Part shown: positions 32,983-45,917 of the stretch, in pieces
Numbering within the stretch: the first letter of the stretch is position 1
How the letters are laid out: each line of letters opens with the position of its first letter
Source of the DNA: Trueperaceae bacterium
Lineage (GTDB): Bacteria > Deinococcota > Deinococci > Deinococcales > Trueperaceae
Reading direction: 5' to 3'
DNA: 64,000 bases
Assembly (NCBI GenBank): GCA_034520945.1
Contig: JAXHNB010000005.1
Location: 800,001 to 864,000, forward strand
Program-made: the position numbers and the translations under genes
Notes under the pieces: model-generated
What the model was told of the DNA's origin: nothing
The model's database searches: none
What the model saw: only the letters and a program-made list of their open reading frames with translations

Positions 32983-34665
32983 ATGCCGCGCCTCGTTGCC
33001 ATGCTCGCCCTCGCTGCCTGTGCCGCGATCGCTTTCGGCCAGTCGATCTCCTCGATCGGTTCCAACGACGTCGTGACCGGCACGATCTCGGCCATGGAGT
33101 CGACGCACGCGTACCTCCTGGACCTGCCTCCGGGGATCGAGCACCTCGTCATCGACGTCGACGGGGGCGACCGGGACGCCGATCTGGCCGTCTATTTCGG
33201 CGCCGAGGAACGCTTCCGCGACACCAGCAGCGACACGGCCGCGTCGTACAGCCTCGCCTCCCCGTCGGCGGGCCAGTACCGAATCGAGGTACTGAACCTG
33301 CTGTTTCAAGAGCTGCACTACACCCTGACCGTGTCGGCGCAAAGCCGCCGTGCGCCCGACCGGGAGGCGACCGCCGGACCGATCCAGGGCGACATCCGCC
33401 TCGGTGAAGCGCGCCGCGGCGTCGCGCCCGCGTCCCGGTCCGGGCACACCTACGACCTTGGCGTGCCCAGTGGCACGCACGCCTTCACCGTTCGGGTCGA
33501 TGCCGGGGGACGCGACGTCGACCTCTCCGTGACGTTCGGGGGCCGAGAGATTTTCCGCGACGTGAGCACGAACCCGTACCCGGTGTTCCGCCTTCCCGAT
33601 CCTGCCGCCGGTACCTACGCGCTCACGGTCGTCAGCCCCCTCGGCCGGGAGGTGCCCTACGTCCTCTCGGTCGAATCCCCAGGGGCGCCCACCACGACAC
33701 GTCCGCCCAGTCCAGAACGGCCGTCCGACGCGCCGGCCACCGCTCCGTCGCCCGGCGCGCCTGGGGACACGGCAGCGCCGGCCGGACCAAGCGCGTCCGC
33801 GTGGCGGCACGATTTCGCGTCGGGTGAGACGTTGGGCTGGACGCTCGAGAACGGCTCGCTGTCCAATCCCGGTGGAGGGGGCCCCGGCGGCGGCGGGTAC
33901 CTGTATGCGGACACGCCGAGCGATCGCGCGGTGGGGTACTTCGTGGCGCCCACCGAGCTGCTGGGGGACTGGTCGTCGCTGTCGTCGCTCACGCTCGTGC
34001 TGCGGCACGGACCGCAGTACGAGGGCGAGCTTTTCGGTCCGTACGAGTACGACGGCGTCGGCGACGTCGTGCTCGCCAACGGCGCGAAGACGGCGAGCTA
34101 CGCGTTCCCGCGGGCCCCCACGCGCGCCTGGTCACCGCACGACGTGTCGCTCGTGGACGCGACGGGCTGGCGACTGGGGGGCGGCGCGACCAGCCTGGCG
34201 GAGGTGCTGGCCGACGTCACGTCGTTCGCGGTCCGCGCCGAGTACCTCGTTGGCCACGCCGACGCGGGGATGGCGAGCGTCGAGGCGTTCCGCGGCGGCT
34301 CCCTCGGCGGAGCAATGATGGAACCGACCGTCACGGCGACGTGTACGACGACGGCCGAGGACGGCGCGATCGGCGATCTCGCGCCCGGCAGCCGCATCCA
34401 CGTCGCGTGTCCGGCAGGGTGCACCGACGGCGGCACGGTCTGGGGCCACGGCACGTACACCGACGATTCGGCCATCTGTCGCGCCGCGGTCCACGCCGGT
34501 GTTCAGGACGGCGCATACCCTGGCAGCGTTCTGATCCGGATCCTGGGCAGCCGCGACAGCTACGTGGGTGCCGAGCGCAACGGCGTCAGCTCACGGTCGT
34601 ACGGGAGTTGGCCGCGCAGCTTCGCGTTCGGCGAGGGGTTCGACCTGAGGGACGGCGCCCGGTAG
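32983..34665 (+). CDS. Secreted multidomain protein: 2x PPC-like, Pro linker, laminin IV(B)-like, LCCL
   Basis: Signal peptide; duplicated D(A/V)DL(A/S)V..G(Q/T)Y modules; YFVAPTELLGDW; CPAGC..VWG.GTYTDDSAICRAAVHAG. Confidence 0.7.
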   Translation: MPRLVAMLALAACAAIAFGQSISSIGSNDVVTGTISAMESTHAYLLDLPPGIEHLVIDVDGGDRDADLAVYFGAEERFRDTSSDTAASYSLASPSAGQYRIEVLNLLFQELHYTLTVSAQSRRAPDREATAGPIQGDIRLGEARRGVAPASRSGHTYDLGVPSGTHAFTVRVDAGGRDVDLSVTFGGREIFRDVSTNPYPVFRLPDPAAGTYALTVVSPLGREVPYVLSVESPGAPTTTRPPSPERPSDAPATAPSPGAPGDTAAPAGPSASAWRHDFASGETLGWTLENGSLSNPGGGGPGGGGYLYADTPSDRAVGYFVAPTELLGDWSSLSSLTLVLRHGPQYEGELFGPYEYDGVGDVVLANGAKTASYAFPRAPTRAWSPHDVSLVDATGWRLGGGATSLAEVLADVTSFAVRAEYLVGHADAGMASVEAFRGGSLGGAMMEPTVTATCTTTAEDGAIGDLAPGSRIHVACPAGCTDGGTVWGHGTYTDDSAICRAAVHAGVQDGAYPGSVLIRILGSRDSYVGAERNGVSSRSYGSWPRSFAFGEGFDLRDGAR

Positions 34666-34747
34666 CGTCAGCACCGGTCGGATCGGGCAAGGCGATGGAT
34701 GCTGTCCGTTCCCGAGCGGCGCGTCGACCAGATGTGCGACGCGGGCG

Positions 34748-35659
34748 TCAGTCGTCGTCGGGATCGGGTCGCGCCAGGATGGTGACCGACTCGATGCGGT
34801 CCGGGACGGGGAACAGGCCTACCGCGAGCTCGCCCGTGGCGCGCCCCATCACGCCGCGGCGCGCCCCGATCTGGAACGAGCGGCCCTCGTCCGGCACCGA
34901 TTCCAGTTCCTCCCTAAGCCAGTCCTCGACGGTCCCGTCCGCGCCGCGGGCCGCCTCTACGCCCTGCTCGGCCAGCGTGGCGGCAGGCGCGCTCAGGCCG
35001 GCCACGATGGAGGGGTTCTGCGGGTCGATGCGGGTCAGCGCGTCCAGCACCTCCAGGCCGGAACGTACCTCGCCGAACACGGTGTGGTTCCCGTCCAGCC
35101 AGGGCGTGGCGGCGAAGGTGATGAAGAACTGGCTGCCGTTGGTGTCCGGCCCGCGGTTGGCCATGCTCAGCAGGCCGGGACGGTCGTGGCGAAGGCCGTC
35201 TTTGATCTCGTCCTCGAAGGTGTAGCCGGGCCCGCCCGCGCCGGTGCCCGACGGGTCGCCGGTCTGCGCCATGAAGTCGTCCAGAACCCGGTGGAACGAG
35301 ACGCCTTCGTAGTAGCGATGCAGCGCGAGGAACACGAAGTTCTCGACCGTGCGGGGCGTGCGGCCTTCGTACAGGTCCACGGTGAGCGTGCCCGCCGTGG
35401 TGTCGATCTCCGCACGGTAGTCCGTGTCGGGCGCCAGCACCTGTTCGGGGCCGTCGAAACGGCGCACCGGCTCGTCGCTGCGGAACGGCACCGCGGCGTA
35501 CCCCTCGGCGTCGGCGCGGGGCGCGTCCGCCACGTTCGGCGTGCCCTCGGCCCGAGGCGCCGGCGTCACGCCGCCGCCCCACAGGTCGCCGTACGCCACC
35601 CACGCCCCGCCGGCGAGGAGCGCCGCGACCACCAGGGCGACCGCCATCACCTGGCGCAT
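34748..35659 (-). CDS. Cyclophilin-type peptidyl-prolyl isomerase, membrane anchored
   Basis: [39 protein letters not shown]. Confidence 0.93.
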   Translation of the reverse strand: MRQVMAVALVVAALLAGGAWVAYGDLWGGGVTPAPRAEGTPNVADAPRADAEGYAAVPFRSDEPVRRFDGPEQVLAPDTDYRAEIDTTAGTLTVDLYEGRTPRTVENFVFLALHRYYEGVSFHRVLDDFMAQTGDPSGTGAGGPGYTFEDEIKDGLRHDRPGLLSMANRGPDTNGSQFFITFAATPWLDGNHTVFGEVRSGLEVLDALTRIDPQNPSIVAGLSAPAATLAEQGVEAARGADGTVEDWLREELESVPDEGRSFQIGARRGVMGRATGELAVGLFPVPDRIESVTILARPDPDDD

Positions 35660-35926
35660 GCCGACCTCGGCGCGTCTGGCTCCGCTCCGCCCCCGGGAGG
35701 GCCGCTCGCGTGCGTCATGGCGCCGATTCTACCCCGGCGGCGCGCAGGCGACGTGACCTCGCGTAAGGGCGCCGTGAGCACCAGGACGTAGACTGAGCCC
35801 GAAGGTCGTGTGGCAGAACGCGGCTGGAGGGAAGGGTCCCTGCGGTGGCTGGTGTCGTTGATGTGGGTAAGCGCGAGGGCATGGCCGGCTGGACCGGTTC
35901 TAACTACCCCCTGGGACGTTGGTCTC

Positions 35927-37240
35927 ATGGATAAAGTGCGAGAACTTCAGAGGCGACTGTGGGCTGCGGCGAAGCGGGCTCCGAAGCGTCGTTTTCACGC
36001 GTTGTATGACCGTATCTACAGGGGTGACGTCCTGTGGGAGGCGTGGGAGCGGGTGCGCCGGAATCGTGGTGCGGCTGGTGTGGATGCTCAGTCCATCGCG
36101 GATGTGGAGGCGGTTGGTGTCGAGTCCTTTTTGGAGGGGCTTGGTGCTGACTTGCGTGAGGGCAGGTACCGGCCGCAGGCGGTCTTGCGGCGGTACGTTC
36201 CGAAGGCTGATGGGAGGGAGCGGCCGCTGGGGATTCCGACGGTTCGGGACCGGGTGGTTCAGATGGCGGCGAAGCTGGTGTTGGAGCCTGTGTTCGAGGC
36301 GGATTTCTTGCCTTGTTCGTATGGGTTTCGGCCGAAGCGGGGCGCGACGATGGCGCTGGAGGAGCTGCGGAAGCAGGGGAACTCTGGTGGTCGTTTCGTG
36401 CTGGAGGTCGACGTCAGGGATTACTTTGGGAGCATCGACCACGAGAAGTTGATGAAGTTGGTGGCGTTGCGTGTTTCGGATCGGCGGGTGCTCAAGTTGG
36501 TCAGGCAGTGGCTCCGTGTGGGTGTGATGGAGGATGGTGTGGTGTCTCGGGTGGTTGCTGGGACGCCGCAGGGCGGTGTCATTTCACCGTTGTTGTCCAA
36601 CATCTACTTGCATTATCTCGATCTCTTGTGGACGCGGCATTGTTCTCATCTGGGGACTTTGGTGCGGTATGCGGATGACTTCGTGGTCGTTTGCAGGTCC
36701 CGCAGGGATTGCGAGGAGGCTCGGGCGCGTCTCGAAGTGATTTTGGGGCGTTTGGGTCTGGAGTTGCACCCGGAGAAGACGAGGATGGTCGACCTTTTCG
36801 ATGGTAGGGAGGGGTTCGATTTCCTCGGTTGTCATTTGCGGAAGCGCATGTCGGGTCGGATTTGGGAGCGTCAGGGTAGGCGCGTGTACTTCTTGAATCG
36901 TTGGCCCTCGAAGCGTGCGATGAAGCGAATTCGGCAGCGTGTAAAGGAGTTGACCCCGCGGCGTAGGTGCCATGAGGACATCAGGCACGTGATTCGTGAC
37001 CTGAACGTGGTGTTGCGTGGCTGGGGGAACTACTTTCGGACCGGGAATGCTGCGCGTTGTTTCAGTGCCCTTGATCGTTACGTCTGGGAGCGGCTGCTCC
37101 GTTTGCGCATCGAGCGTAAGGGGCGGCACGTTCGGGCGGGCGATGTGGCGCGTTGGACGCGTGCGACTTTCTATCGGCTTGGCCTTCATCGCCTTACTGG
37201 CACGGTGCGTTACCCGGCACCGGTTCGGAGTGTTGCGTAA
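35927..37240 (+). CDS. ltrA: Group II intron reverse transcriptase/maturase without endonuclease domain
   Basis: GAAGVD, RPLGIPTVRDR, SYGFRP, GTPQGGVISPLL, RYADD, FDFLG, LRGWGNYF. Confidence 0.95.
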   Translation: MDKVRELQRRLWAAAKRAPKRRFHALYDRIYRGDVLWEAWERVRRNRGAAGVDAQSIADVEAVGVESFLEGLGADLREGRYRPQAVLRRYVPKADGRERPLGIPTVRDRVVQMAAKLVLEPVFEADFLPCSYGFRPKRGATMALEELRKQGNSGGRFVLEVDVRDYFGSIDHEKLMKLVALRVSDRRVLKLVRQWLRVGVMEDGVVSRVVAGTPQGGVISPLLSNIYLHYLDLLWTRHCSHLGTLVRYADDFVVVCRSRRDCEEARARLEVILGRLGLELHPEKTRMVDLFDGREGFDFLGCHLRKRMSGRIWERQGRRVYFLNRWPSKRAMKRIRQRVKELTPRRRCHEDIRHVIRDLNVVLRGWGNYFRTGNAARCFSALDRYVWERLLRLRIERKGRHVRAGDVARWTRATFYRLGLHRLTGTVRYPAPVRSVA

Positions 37241-37265
37241 TGTTGCATCTCGAGAGGTCACCGGT

Positions 37266-37298
37266 AAGCCGTGTGCGGGAAATCCGCACGCACGGTTT
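37266..37298 (+). ncRNA. Group II intron catalytic domain V
   Basis: AAGCCGTGTGCGGGAAATCCGCACGCACGGTTT with AGC triad and GAAA loop. Confidence 0.92.
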
Positions 37299-37328
37299 GA
37301 AAGGGGGTCTTGACTGAACTTCAGTGAA

Positions 37329-38417
37329 ATGCTCTCGAACCTGGTGGAACGGGGCGCCTCCGACGTGCACCTTCACTGCGGATTGCCGCCGCTGGCCCGC
37401 ATCAACGGCAAGCTCACGCCGGTGGGCCAGAACAAGGTGACGCCGTCGTTTACGGAGAAGCTGCTGGACGTCATGTGCGACGACCGGCAGCGCGCCACGT
37501 TCCAGGAAAAGCACCAAGTCGACATCGCGTACAGCGTCTCGGGCCTGGGCCGCTTCCGCGTGAACCTGTTCCGGCAACGCGGATCGGTCAGCGCCGTGCT
37601 GCGCGTGATCACCGGCGACGAGTCGGTCCTGAAGGTGGTGAACCTCCCCCAGGACACCATCGACTTCATTCGCGACAAGGAGAAGGGGCTGGTCCTGGTC
37701 ACCGGCCCGACCGGCTCCGGCAAGTCGACCACGCTGGCGCGGATCATCGACGAGATCAACCAGGTGCACAACAAGATGATCGTCACCGTCGAGGACCCGA
37801 TCGAGTACCTGCACCGCTCCAAGAAGTCCGCGATCGTGCAGCGCGAGATCGGCCAGGACGCCACCACCTTCGCCGACTCGTTGGTGGCGGCCATGCGGCA
37901 GGACCCCGAAGTGATCATGATCGGCGAGATCCGCGACCACACCACGGCGGCAGCGGCGCTGTCGGCGGCGCAGACCGGCCACCTGGTGTTCAGCACCCTG
38001 CACACGCAGGACACCGTCCGGACCATCAACCGCATGATCGAGCTGTTCCCCCCGCACGAACGGGCCACGGCGCGGATCCTGTTCGCCGAGTCGCTCGTCG
38101 CGATCGTCAGCCAGCGCCTGGTGCCCCGGCACGACAAGCCGGGCCGGGTCGCGGCGATGGAGATCATGAAGGGAACCCTGCGGATCAAGGACCTGGTGCG
38201 CGACGAGGAGCGAGGCTCGGAGTTGTACGACGCCATCCGCGACTCGACGTTGGACGGCATGCAGCTGATGGACGACCACCTGGCCCGCCTGTACGCCGAG
38301 GGCGTGATCTCGTTCGAGACCGGCCTGGCGTCCGCCACCAGCCAGCAGGCGTTCAAGATGTCCACCACCCAGGTGGACGTCGAGGCGGGCCGCGACCCGC
38401 GCGCCACGCAGTACTAG
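37329..38417 (+). CDS. pilT: PilT/PilU family type IV pilus ATPase
   Basis: GASDVHL, GRFRVN, GPTGSGKSTT, EDPIEY, RQDPEVIMIGEIRD, TGHLVFSTLHT. Confidence 0.92.
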   Translation: MLSNLVERGASDVHLHCGLPPLARINGKLTPVGQNKVTPSFTEKLLDVMCDDRQRATFQEKHQVDIAYSVSGLGRFRVNLFRQRGSVSAVLRVITGDESVLKVVNLPQDTIDFIRDKEKGLVLVTGPTGSGKSTTLARIIDEINQVHNKMIVTVEDPIEYLHRSKKSAIVQREIGQDATTFADSLVAAMRQDPEVIMIGEIRDHTTAAAALSAAQTGHLVFSTLHTQDTVRTINRMIELFPPHERATARILFAESLVAIVSQRLVPRHDKPGRVAAMEIMKGTLRIKDLVRDEERGSELYDAIRDSTLDGMQLMDDHLARLYAEGVISFETGLASATSQQAFKMSTTQVDVEAGRDPRATQY

Positions 38418-38433
38418 GCCCGCCCCGCCCTGC

Positions 38434-42198
<3,765 letters not shown>

Positions 42199-42336
42199 GG
42201 GCCCAGCATACCGACGGGTCGGTGGGGTCCCCGCCAGGCACCGCGGCCCGCCGTGCTGGGCGGGCAGCGGGCGGCGCGGGCCGCATGCGGTTGCGTGCCG
42301 GCGGGCCGCCGCGCCCGTCCGTGTCGCACATGCGCG

Positions 42337-42365
42337 TTGACACCCCCGGGTCCGCGTGATACCTT
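42337..42365 (+). promoter_or_regulatory. Sigma-70 promoter of the tRNA-Cys/tRNA-Val pair
   Basis: TTGACA - 17 nt - TACCTT with extended TG, 12 nt upstream of tRNA-Cys. Confidence 0.8.
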
Positions 42366-42377
42366 TCGAAGGCGCTT

Positions 42378-42452
<75 letters not shown>

Positions 42453-42484
42453 CCCCCTTCGGCTACGGACCGTCGTAGCCGCAT

Positions 42485-42559
42485 AGGCGCGTAGCTCAGT
42501 GGGAGAGCGCTACATTGACACTGTAGAGGTCGGCGGTTCAATCCCGCCCGCGCCTACCA
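42485..42559 (+). tRNA. tRNA-Val(GAC)
   Basis: AGGCGCG stem, ctaca-ttGACac-tgtag, GTTCAA, 3' ACCA. Confidence 0.95.
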
Positions 42560-42572
42560 AGAAGGACCCGAG

Positions 42573-42623
42573 AAGATCCCGCTGGTGGCCCGTACGTTCG
42601 TGCGGCGCGCAGCGGGATCTTTT
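42573..42623 (+). terminator. Inverted repeat with T-tract after tRNA-Val
   Basis: aagatcccgctg ... cagcgggatctt then tt. Confidence 0.6.
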
Positions 42624-42672
42624 CACGTGCCGCGTCGGCGGCGCGGAATCGTATCTGCGAGCAACGCCACGC

Positions 42673-43047
42673 CTACCGCTGCGTCCGAGATGCGAGCGCG
42701 ATCTCGAAACGCGTCGCCGACCCGCCCGGTTCGATCGCGGTCGTGAGCCGCACCTCCTCGCCGATCTCTATACCGTCGGGAAGCCACGCGGCGGGCCAAC
42801 GCGCGGCGGGAAGACCGTCCCCGACCAACGTCGCCGTGACGCCGTTCGAGGAGACGACGCGGAGGGAGGCGTCCGCCACGGCGGGGACGCGGACGATGGG
42901 CGCGCCACGGTCGCTGCCGAGCAGCAAAAGCGGGCTTGGCAGCAGCACACCTGCGGCGTAGGCGATCGCTGCCACCACCGCGCAGGCGGCGACGGTTCTC
43001 GCAGCATTGCGGCGATTCCGCCGGCGCGGAGGGCCGTGCTGACTCAT
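42673..43047 (-). CDS. Small hypothetical membrane-anchored protein
   Basis: ATGA overlap with the cytochrome c gene; one TM segment. Confidence 0.5.
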   Translation of the reverse strand: MSQHGPPRRRNRRNAARTVAACAVVAAIAYAAGVLLPSPLLLLGSDRGAPIVRVPAVADASLRVVSSNGVTATLVGDGLPAARWPAAWLPDGIEIGEEVRLTTAIEPGGSATRFEIALASRTQR

Positions 43048-43514
43048 TCGCCGATCGCGCCGGGTTGCTGCTCGCGCTGCCACGGTTCCCAGCGAGACTT
43101 CACGAAGGCGAGCACCGCTTCGACCTCGGGGTCGCTCCAACGGGCGCCGACGGCCGGCATTTGGACGCCGCCGTCGCGGATCAGGCCGATGATCTGGCGG
43201 TCGGGATGGTGCCAAGCGTGGGCACTGCCATCGAGGGGTGGGGCCGGGATACCGGCTTGGGCGGCGCCTCCACCCTCGACACCGTGGCATGTGGCACAGC
43301 TGTCCTGGTAGAGCCGCTCCCCGGTCGCGAGCACGTCGGCCGACACGGGCGACGGCGCGTTCGCGCGCGACCGGTTCGAGGAGACGCGAAGCGCCACGAC
43401 GGCGAGGAGGGCCACGGCGAGCGACGCCACAGCGGTCGCGGTGGCGGGGCGGCGTCGCCACCACGGGCGACGGCGCTTGGGGGACGACTGGGCCGGGCGC
43501 TCACCCTTGCGCAC
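43044..43514 (-). CDS. Membrane-anchored c-type cytochrome
   Basis: GGAGG RBS, GTG start; CATCH heme motif; PAPPLDGSAHAWHH; MPA. Confidence 0.88.
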   Translation of the reverse strand: MRKGERPAQSSPKRRRPWWRRRPATATAVASLAVALLAVVALRVSSNRSRANAPSPVSADVLATGERLYQDSCATCHGVEGGGAAQAGIPAPPLDGSAHAWHHPDRQIIGLIRDGGVQMPAVGARWSDPEVEAVLAFVKSRWEPWQREQQPGAIGE

Positions 43515-43696
43515 GTACGCCTCCTGATGCGCGGGGCGCGATCGCGGGCGGGACCGGTGCGCGTTGCGTACCGCCACCGGCGGCCTCGATCGAATGGGGG
43601 GTGCGGTGCTTCAGATCGAGTATGACCATGCGTGCAAGGTACCCGGCGACTGTTAAGGCCGTGCAAAGTCGCGCGGCGTCCGAGCCCGTGGGCGCG

Positions 43697-44915
43697 CTAC
43701 CTACGGACCGCCCGCCACGCGATGTCGCTGCGGGAATGCGCCCCCTCGAAGTGAACCCGCCGCACCAGCGCCTCGGCGTGCGCCCGCGCGTCGGCGACGT
43801 CGGCGCCGATGCCGGTGACGCCCAGCACGCGCCCGCCACGCGTCACCACACGCCCATCCTGCGTCTCGGTCCCGGCGTGGAACACCACGGCGCGGTCCGA
43901 CGGCGCCACCTGCGGCAGGTCGATGGGCACCCCCTTCGCGTACGGCCCGGGGTAGCCTGCCGAGGCCATCACGATGCACACCGCCGCTTCGTCGCGCCAG
44001 GCCACGTCGACTTCGTCCAAGCGGCCGGTCGCGGTCGCGTGCAGGATCTGCGCCAGGTCGCCGTCCAACCGCGGCAGCACCACCTGCGCCTCGGGATCGC
44101 CGAAGCGGACGTTGAACTCGATCACCGCCGGCCCCTGATCGGTGAGCATCAGGCCGGCATACAGCACCCCGCGCAGCGGGCGTCCCGCCGCCGTCATGGC
44201 GCGCGCCACCGGCCCCAGGATGGTGTCCATAGCGTGCGCGACCTCGCGCGGGCCGAAGCGCGGCACCGGCGAGTACGCCCCCATCCCGCCGGTGTTCGGC
44301 CCGACGTCACCGTCGAAGACGGGCTTGTGATCCTGCGCCGGCACCATCGGCCGGACCGTGTCGCCGTCCACGAACGCCATGAGTGAGACTTCCTCGCCCG
44401 ACAGCCGCTCCTCGACCACCACGCGGGCGCCGGCGTCGCCGAAGGTGCGCCGGAGCATGGCGTCCCGCAGGGCGGCCTCCGCCTCCGCCAGGTCGGTGGC
44501 GACCACCACGCCCTTGCCGGCCGCCAGCCCGTCCGCCTTGATCACCACCGGTGCGCCGTGACGTCGCACGTGCGCTAGGGCGGCGTCGAAGTCCGTGAAG
44601 CTGGCGCTGCGCGCTGTCGGAATGCCACGTTCGTGCATCAGCGCCTTCGCGAACGACTTGCTGCCCTCCAACAACGCTGCGTCGCGTCGCGGCCCGAACA
44701 CGGCCAGGCCCGCCGCCTCGAACGCGTCCACGATGCCGTCCAACAGGGGCGCTTTGGGGCCCACCACGCTCAGGTCGACGCCGTGCGTCCGCGCGAAGTC
44801 GATCAGCCCGCCCACGTCGTCCTCGGCGATGGGGACGCGCTCCGCCACCTCGGCGATGCCGGGGTTGCCGGGCGCGCAGAACACGTGCGTCGCCGTCGCG
44901 CTCTGGGCGAGACCG
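43697..44915 (-). pseudogene. purD: Phosphoribosylamine--glycine ligase, 5'-truncated
   Basis: APGNPG, LEGSKSFAK, KADGLAAGKGV, QDHK, GPNTGGMGAYSP, EFNVRFGDPE; N-terminal GSGGREH absent; VGPE motif reads VGPK. Confidence 0.8.
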
Positions 44916-44924
44916 CGTACCACG

Positions 44925-45210
44925 TCGGCGAGGTCACGCCGGGGGACCCTGCGGGGGGTCGAGGTGCCGTTGGTGGTGTGCGACCGGCCGCAGGCGCCCG
45001 TGGTGCAGCGCGCACGGGCATGGGGCGTTGCGTGCCTGGTGCGTGAGCGGCGGGGTTTCCCCGACAAGGCAGGCTTCGAGGCGTCCGTCGTGGAGGAACT
45101 CCGCGCCGCCCACATCGACCACCTGGCGTTGGCGGGGTACATGCGCATCGTGGGCCCGACGCTGCTGACCCCCTTCGCGGGACGGATCGTGAACGTCGCA
45201 CGCCCGACGC
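44925..45210 (+). pseudogene. purN: Internal fragment of phosphoribosylglycinamide formyltransferase
   Basis: LVVCDRPQAPVVQRA..LALAGYMRIVG..GRIVNV; lacks N-terminal SGxGSN and the HPSLLP onward part. Confidence 0.75.
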
Positions 45211-45357
45211 GTAGCGCCTGGAAGGCGCCGTGCTTCGTCCACCAGGGTGCGCGCGCTGGTAGGGGATTGGTAGGGGTGCGTCGTACACCCTCAGGGTGAC
45301 GCCATGCTTCGTTTCGAACACGCGAAACGAGTCGGCGACACGCAAGGAGGGGGAGAG

Positions 45358-45915
45358 ATGAGTACGACGAGTACGCAGTTGAACGGCGTGGACCTGGCGC
45401 GCCTCCAGGAGACGGTGTCGCACATCCAGAACGACCCTGGGCTGGCACGGTTCACCTTCCGCGCCCAGACCTCGTGGCAGGACGGGGCCCACGTCCGTAC
45501 CGAGATCGGCGGGTTTTACGGCGCCGGCACGGAGGACGCCTCCCGCACGGAACCGTTCGTCCTCGAGGGGGACGAGCCCCCGGTTTTGCTGGGCACCAAT
45601 CGCGCGCCCAACGCGGTCGAGACGGTGCTGCACGCCCTGACGTCGTGCCTGGCGGTGGGCTTCGCGTATAACGCCGCGGTGCGCGGCATCGAGGTGCGCA
45701 GCCTGGACTTCACCGTCGAGGGCGACCTGGACCTGCACCGCTTCCTGGGGTTGAGCGAGGAGAACCGCGCCGGCTACGAGGGGATCGAGGTGCGCTACCG
45801 CGTCGACGCCTCGCGGGAGCAGATCGAGGAGCTGTGCGCCTACGTCCAGTCCACCTCGCCGGTCATGGACGTGTTGCGCAACCCCGTGCCCGTACGGGTG
45901 TCGTTGGAGGCCTGA
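45358..45915 (+). CDS. OsmC family protein
   Basis: LNGVD, DEPPVLLG, PNAVE..L.AL.SC, G.LDL..FLG, SPV. Confidence 0.88.
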   Translation: MSTTSTQLNGVDLARLQETVSHIQNDPGLARFTFRAQTSWQDGAHVRTEIGGFYGAGTEDASRTEPFVLEGDEPPVLLGTNRAPNAVETVLHALTSCLAVGFAYNAAVRGIEVRSLDFTVEGDLDLHRFLGLSEENRAGYEGIEVRYRVDASREQIEELCAYVQSTSPVMDVLRNPVPVRVSLEA

Positions 45916-45917
45916 AC

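Larger units (their letters stand above)
35767..37314 (+). mobile_element. Group II intron-derived element; ribozyme truncated; boundaries inferred
   Basis: GGGCG candidate 5' end, DIII-like GGAGGGAAGGG segment, RT ORF, canonical domain V at 37266-37298, then only 16 nt to a candidate AC end. Confidence 0.75.

Noticed and set aside
35647..35718. Leaderless uORF MTHASG.. overlapping the cyclophilin start
   Set aside because: One added base fuses it to the cyclophilin, so more likely an indel than a regulator
35927..37240. RT as a retron, DGR or defence RT, possibly diversifying the dockerin repeats
   Set aside because: Maturase motifs and adjacent domain V mark it as a group II intron RT; differences between the dockerin repeats are not adenine-specific
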